Shown one piece after another: positions 59,250 through 64,000 of a stretch of 64,000 bases of DNA. Position 1 is the first letter of the stretch. The number at the start of each line of letters is the position of its first letter. The position numbers were made by a program, and so were the translations under genes. The notes beneath the pieces were generated by a model. It saw only the letters and a list, made by a program, of their open reading frames with translations. It ran no database searches and was not told the DNA's origin. Location of the stretch: positions 1,856,001-1,920,000 of the forward strand of contig OY771555.1 of NCBI GenBank assembly GCA_963674785.1. The letters run 5' to 3'. The DNA comes from Caldisericia bacterium (lineage in GTDB: Bacteria > Caldisericota > Caldisericia > JAAYUI01).

Positions 59250-62200
59250 ATGAGAGATTATATACCATTTTTGTCATCAAAGAAGATTGCAAAGGAAATC
59301 GAAGCGCTTTCCGCAGGAAAGCGTGATCAACTCTACATTGATGGACTTAGAGGAAGCGATTTAGTTATCAATATCGCTCAAATGTGTAATCAAACTGGAA
59401 ATCTTCTGATTGTTTGTGGCAACGAACAAAAAGCACTCAAAATGCACCAGGAGCTTGACGCAGTTCTTGGAAATGCACCCGTAAATAGGTTGTTTTTCCC
59501 TCGTTCCGATTCAATTCCTCTAGACAAAACAAGAAGCTCCGTCAACATTATCTCCTGGCAAATTTCAACCCTATACCAAATAAGAAACTCAATGGGTTCA
59601 ACAATTGTTACGACTTCCCTGCCTGCATTATACGATTGCCTCGTTCACCCAAAGGTGCTCGAAGATAGCGCCAAGATAATCAGCAAGGGAGATATGATTT
59701 CCCTTGATACACTAAAAAAGATGCTTTACGAACTTGGATACAATCCAGTTCATCAAGTTGAAAATGTTGGAGATGTGGCCGTAAGAGGTGGAATAATTGA
59801 TTTCTTTTCATCATCATCTCCAAACCCATACCGCGTTGAATTTGACGTTGACGTCATCGAGACAATCAGAGTCATCAATCCATCTACACAGCTTTCAACG
59901 AAGCATGTTGAGTCTTGTCTTCTGCTTCCTGCATCACACATAATTCTCGACCAGGAAACAATAAATAGTGCAATCGCTCAGATAAATATGTTCTTGTTAA
60001 CCGTTCGATCATCAAACTCTGAGATTCAAAAAAATATCACTTCAGAAATAGAACACATAAAATCGGGAGTGAGATTTTCAGGAATAGAGCACTACACTCC
60101 ATTTTTCTACGACAACACCACAAGGTTACTTGACTACATGGAAAACATCCCGGTTGCTTGGATTGATCCAGACGATCTGACAGAGGAGTACAGTAGGTTT
60201 AAACGTGACGCAATGGATGTTTACGTGACAGGTCTCAAAAGAGGAGAGCTTCTTCCTCAAAGAGAGCTAGATGATATAGAGCGACTTGAATTCCCACATA
60301 TAACTCGAAAAAATAGAAAGATTTTGATTTATCCAAACAGGACTGAATCCCCAAACGATACAAAAAGACTTGGAATCCAACATCCTCAACCTGATCCACT
60401 CATTGGCAGACTTCAGGACATGAGCGACTTCATCAGGAACAAAAAATCTGCGGGTTATAGGATAGTCATTGCTACTAAACAGCCAACAAGAGTTGCGGAA
60501 CTTCTCTCGGGACATGATTTCATCAAACCCGAAAACCTACCAGTGGATCCAATAGAAGATGAGTTTATTGAACCATTCGTTGATATCCTAAACATATCTC
60601 TTGAAAAAGGGTTTGAGGATAGAAGAAAAAAGAAACTTCTTCTTACAGACCAAGAGCTTTTCGGTTGGAGAAGGAAGATCGGAGCAACAAGAAGATATCG
60701 TGGCGGAGCTCCAATTAAGTCAATCAACGAGATAAACCCAGGTGACCTTCTTGTGCACTTAACTTTCGGAATAGGAATATATCGGGGATTAAAAACGGTA
60801 ACTGCTGCAGGAATAACAAAAGAGTACCTCCAAGTAGAGTATTCAAAAGGTGACAAGCTATATATTCCTCCTGAACGATTAACACTTGTACACAAATACC
60901 TCGGAAACCCCGAGACCGTAACAATAAACAGACTCGGTGGAAAAGAGTGGCCAGAGGCTCTTGCAAAAGTTGCAAGAGGAACAAAGGATATTGCCGCTCA
61001 GCTTCTTAAAATATACGCAAAGCGTGAGCTTGCAACCGGTAACTCTTACAGAGGAGACAATATCTGGCAGCAGGAAATGGAAACCGCATTCCCTTATGAA
61101 GAAACCGAAGATCAATTAACCGCCATCCACGATGTAAAAAAGGATTTAGATAGTAAACAACCGATGGATCGATTGATATGCGGTGATGTGGGATATGGAA
61201 AAACAGAGGTTGCAATCAGGGCAGCATTCAAGGTATTAACAAGCGGAAAACAGGTTGCGATGCTCGTACCAACAACAATTCTTGCAATGCAGCATTACAG
61301 CACATTCAAAGAAAGGTTTGCACCATTTCCGATAAAGGTTGAACAACTCTCAAGATTCAAAGGGAAAACAAACCAAAAGAAAGTCTTAGAAGGGCTTAAG
61401 GATGGGACAATTGAGATGGTCATTGGTACACACAGGCTACTCTCAAAAGATATTGAGATCAAAAACCTTGGACTTCTAATAATTGATGAGGAACAGAGAT
61501 TCGGTGTTGAGGCAAAAGAAAAAATTAAAAGCCTAAAAGAGAATGTAGATGTCTTAACACTAACTGCCACACCAATCCCAAGAACGCTTGAAATGACGTT
61601 GCATGGTGTAAGAGAAGTCTCGCAGATAAACTCTTCACCTGAGGGAAGAAAACCAGTTAAAACATACGTTTTACCATACTCCGAGAAAACTATCAAAGAA
61701 GCAATTGAAACTGAAATTGCACGTGGCGGACAGATTTATTACGTCAACAACCGAATCAAAGGTCTAGCCTCCATCCAATGGAAACTTGAAAAAATTGTGC
61801 CCAAAGCAAGAATTGCGATAGCACATGGACAGATGAGTGAAGAAACCTTGGAAGAGATCATGATCGCCTTCTATCAGGGAGAAATTGATGTTCTACTGTG
61901 CACAACAATCATTGAGTCTGGATTAGACATTCCATCAGCTGGAACTTTGATTGTCGAGAATGCTCAAAACCTTGGACTAGCTCAAATGTACCAGCTTCGC
62001 GGAAGAGTTGGTAGATCTGAAAGAAGAGCATATGCTTACTTCCTTTATCCGAATGAAAAAACCTTGACCGACACCGCAAGACAGAGATTAAACGCAATTA
62101 GAGATTTTGTTGAGCTCGGAGCAGGACTCAAAGTCGCAATGAGAGACCTGGAAATAAGAGGTGCTGGGAATATCCTTGGCTCTGAACAATCCGGTCACAT

Positions 62201-62741
62201 TTCTGCCATAGGATACGATTTATATCTTCGTATGCTTGAGGATGCAAAAAAAAGGATTAAAAATGAGCAGGAAGGCAAGAAAGAAAAACCGGTAAGACAG
62301 AGAGATTTTGAGTGTAGTATAGACCTCAGAATCTCAGGATATATTCCAGAACGATACATTCCAGATGAAGCTTTAAGAATTGACTGCTACCAGAGAATGA
62401 TTGAAGCAAAAAACACCGCTGAGCTTAAAAAAATTGAGGATGAGCTAGAAGATAGGTTTGGACACGCTCCTCCAGAAATTGAATCTTTGTTTGAACTTGT
62501 AAGGCTTAGAGTCCTTGGGGCGAATATGGGTATCACTCAAATCGTTGAAGACAACCTCACAATTAATTTCCACTTCGGTCCAGTCACAAGACTTAGAGAA
62601 GATTTCTTGGACAGATTGTTATCAAGATTTGGTGAACGGACAACTGTTCGACCAAACATGATAAGAATCAGAAAACTCAGGGAAAACCCAATCGAAATAA
62701 GCAGAGAATTCATAAAACTCGCCTGCGAGGAGGACAATTGA
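59250..62741 (+). CDS. mfd: Transcription-repair coupling factor
   Basis: RGGIIDF, CarD-like domain, GDVGYGKTEVA.RAAF, DEEQRFGV, QLRGRVGRS, DLEIRGAGNILG..QSGH, TRCF domain. Confidence 0.97.
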   Translation: MRDYIPFLSSKKIAKEIEALSAGKRDQLYIDGLRGSDLVINIAQMCNQTGNLLIVCGNEQKALKMHQELDAVLGNAPVNRLFFPRSDSIPLDKTRSSVNIISWQISTLYQIRNSMGSTIVTTSLPALYDCLVHPKVLEDSAKIISKGDMISLDTLKKMLYELGYNPVHQVENVGDVAVRGGIIDFFSSSSPNPYRVEFDVDVIETIRVINPSTQLSTKHVESCLLLPASHIILDQETINSAIAQINMFLLTVRSSNSEIQKNITSEIEHIKSGVRFSGIEHYTPFFYDNTTRLLDYMENIPVAWIDPDDLTEEYSRFKRDAMDVYVTGLKRGELLPQRELDDIERLEFPHITRKNRKILIYPNRTESPNDTKRLGIQHPQPDPLIGRLQDMSDFIRNKKSAGYRIVIATKQPTRVAELLSGHDFIKPENLPVDPIEDEFIEPFVDILNISLEKGFEDRRKKKLLLTDQELFGWRRKIGATRRYRGGAPIKSINEINPGDLLVHLTFGIGIYRGLKTVTAAGITKEYLQVEYSKGDKLYIPPERLTLVHKYLGNPETVTINRLGGKEWPEALAKVARGTKDIAAQLLKIYAKRELATGNSYRGDNIWQQEMETAFPYEETEDQLTAIHDVKKDLDSKQPMDRLICGDVGYGKTEVAIRAAFKVLTSGKQVAMLVPTTILAMQHYSTFKERFAPFPIKVEQLSRFKGKTNQKKVLEGLKDGTIEMVIGTHRLLSKDIEIKNLGLLIIDEEQRFGVEAKEKIKSLKENVDVLTLTATPIPRTLEMTLHGVREVSQINSSPEGRKPVKTYVLPYSEKTIKEAIETEIARGGQIYYVNNRIKGLASIQWKLEKIVPKARIAIAHGQMSEETLEEIMIAFYQGEIDVLLCTTIIESGLDIPSAGTLIVENAQNLGLAQMYQLRGRVGRSERRAYAYFLYPNEKTLTDTARQRLNAIRDFVELGAGLKVAMRDLEIRGAGNILGSEQSGHISAIGYDLYLRMLEDAKKRIKNEQEGKKEKPVRQRDFECSIDLRISGYIPERYIPDEALRIDCYQRMIEAKNTAELKKIEDELEDRFGHAPPEIESLFELVRLRVLGANMGITQIVEDNLTINFHFGPVTRLREDFLDRLLSRFGERTTVRPNMIRIRKLRENPIEISREFIKLACEEDN

Positions 62742-63964
62742 ACTACTCCTGGATAATTGAAAATGAAGTGATGATCTCATCACTTCCAGATTCTGAAACC
62801 ATGCTTCACCTTCTCAAATCAGCTGGTATAAGAGCAATTGTATCTACTGAAAGGATTCCTTTTTCTGGTGAAAAACTTGAAGAGTTTGGTTTTTTTCATT
62901 TTGATCTACCAATCATAGACTACTCAGTGCCAACATTAAAACAGCTCAAAGAATTCATCAGATGGACAAAATTTATGAGGGATATGAATCAACCAATCTT
63001 GATTCACTGCATGGCTGGATACGGCAGATCGGCAACCCTCTGTGCATGTTACCTTGTCATCGAACACGATATGACTGCTGATGACGCCATAAAAGAAATT
63101 CGCGAAATCAGAAGCCTAAACTCGGTTGAAACCAGCCAACAGGAAAACTTTGTTCATGAAGCAGAATACTTAAGAGACATTATAAAAGATGAGGATGAAC
63201 AAAAGTTCTACAACTGCAAAGCGATGGTTGATATTCTCAGAAAGAGATGTCCCTGGGATAAAAAGCAAACATCAGACAAACTAGCAAATAATATTCTCGA
63301 GGAAAGCTACGAGGTTACTGAGGCAGCACTCTCAAAAAATACACAAGCATTGATCGGAGAACTGGCGGATATATTTCTGTTAACACTTATGATCTCAAGA
63401 GTTGAATCAGAAACAAGCGATGTAGGTTTTAAGTCTGTCATGGACTTTATGCTCAAAAAGTTTAAAAACAGACATCCACATGTCTTTGATGTCTCAAGTG
63501 TAGATACTCCCGATAAAGTTGTAAAACAATGGAGAGAAATCAAAAAAGAGGAGCCAAAAGAAATCCATAGTATAACCGAAATCCCAACAGGTATTCCTCC
63601 ACTCGGCAGAGCAGATAGAATTATGTCATTTGCGAAAAAACAAGGATTTGACTGGGACAATGTCTCGAGTGTTCTTGAAAAAGTTGATGAGGAGATTTCT
63701 GAACTAAAAACTGCAATCAAATCCAACAACACGGAAAGCATTGAAAATGAATTTGGTGATGTTTTCTTCTCAATGCTTAATCTCGCGAGGTTCTTATGGA
63801 TAAATCCCGAAAACACTCTGACAAAAACACTTGATAAATTCACCAAAAGATTTCATTTCATCGAAGAAGAATCTAACAAAATGAACAAACCAATTTCAGA
63901 TATGACACTTGATGAAATGGAGGAAATCTGGCAAAAATCCAAGACCGAAATGCTGGAGAACTAG
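62738..63964 (+). CDS. mazG: Dual-specificity (CX5R) phosphatase fused to MazG nucleoside-triphosphate pyrophosphohydrolase
   Basis: N-terminal PIIDYSVPT, IHCMAGYGRSAT, VETSQQ; C-terminal CPWDKKQT, EESYEV, ELAD, RHPHVF, GFDW, EEISEL, EFGDVFF. Confidence 0.9.
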   Translation: MNYSWIIENEVMISSLPDSETMLHLLKSAGIRAIVSTERIPFSGEKLEEFGFFHFDLPIIDYSVPTLKQLKEFIRWTKFMRDMNQPILIHCMAGYGRSATLCACYLVIEHDMTADDAIKEIREIRSLNSVETSQQENFVHEAEYLRDIIKDEDEQKFYNCKAMVDILRKRCPWDKKQTSDKLANNILEESYEVTEAALSKNTQALIGELADIFLLTLMISRVESETSDVGFKSVMDFMLKKFKNRHPHVFDVSSVDTPDKVVKQWREIKKEEPKEIHSITEIPTGIPPLGRADRIMSFAKKQGFDWDNVSSVLEKVDEEISELKTAIKSNNTESIENEFGDVFFSMLNLARFLWINPENTLTKTLDKFTKRFHFIEEESNKMNKPISDMTLDEMEEIWQKSKTEMLEN

Positions 63965-63966
63965 AA

Positions 63967-64000
63967 ATGGCAAAATGCGAAAACAATGTCTCCTGCAATT
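63967..64000 (+). CDS. Possible start of the next CDS, truncated by the window edge
   Basis: ATG 2 nt after the mazG stop; MAKCENNVSCN, open to the end. Confidence 0.35.
   Translation, partial: MAKCENNVSCN

Overview
AT-rich, gene-dense bacterial chromosomal window made mostly of housekeeping and envelope genes: acpS, tyrS, hutU, nnr, rapZ-yvcK-rpoN, queA, tRNA-His, grpE-dnaK-dnaJ-nfo, groES-groEL, ftsEX-M23 peptidase-ctpA, a Ca2+ P-type ATPase, gmk-rpoZ-plsY, tlyA and mfd-mazG. Several large secreted proteins carry NHL, PQQ, FG-GAP or copper-amine-oxidase N-terminal-like domains; this suggests a Caldisericota-like organism, but that is inference only. I see no CRISPR array, transposase or prophage. 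Observations most worth following up: (1) a MazG fused to an intact CX5R dual-specificity phosphatase; (2) a Xer-type recombinase with an internal, catalytically dead duplicate of half its catalytic domain; (3) a VTC/DUF4956/DUF4353 cassette bracketed by a duplicated gene tail plus terminator; (4) a recurrent sigma70-like promoter architecture with 16-bp spacers and several apparently leaderless genes; (5) a sigma54 site overlapping the sigma70 -35 of the rpoN operon; (6) variant CIRCE operators and an archaeal-like DnaK; (7) an unannotated ~165-nt rod-like RNA candidate beside tRNA-His; (8) an NfeD-DUF4097 fusion next to SPFH; (9) an FHA / Ser-Thr kinase / beta-propeller signalling cluster. 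All domain calls come from motif recognition by eye, not database searches.
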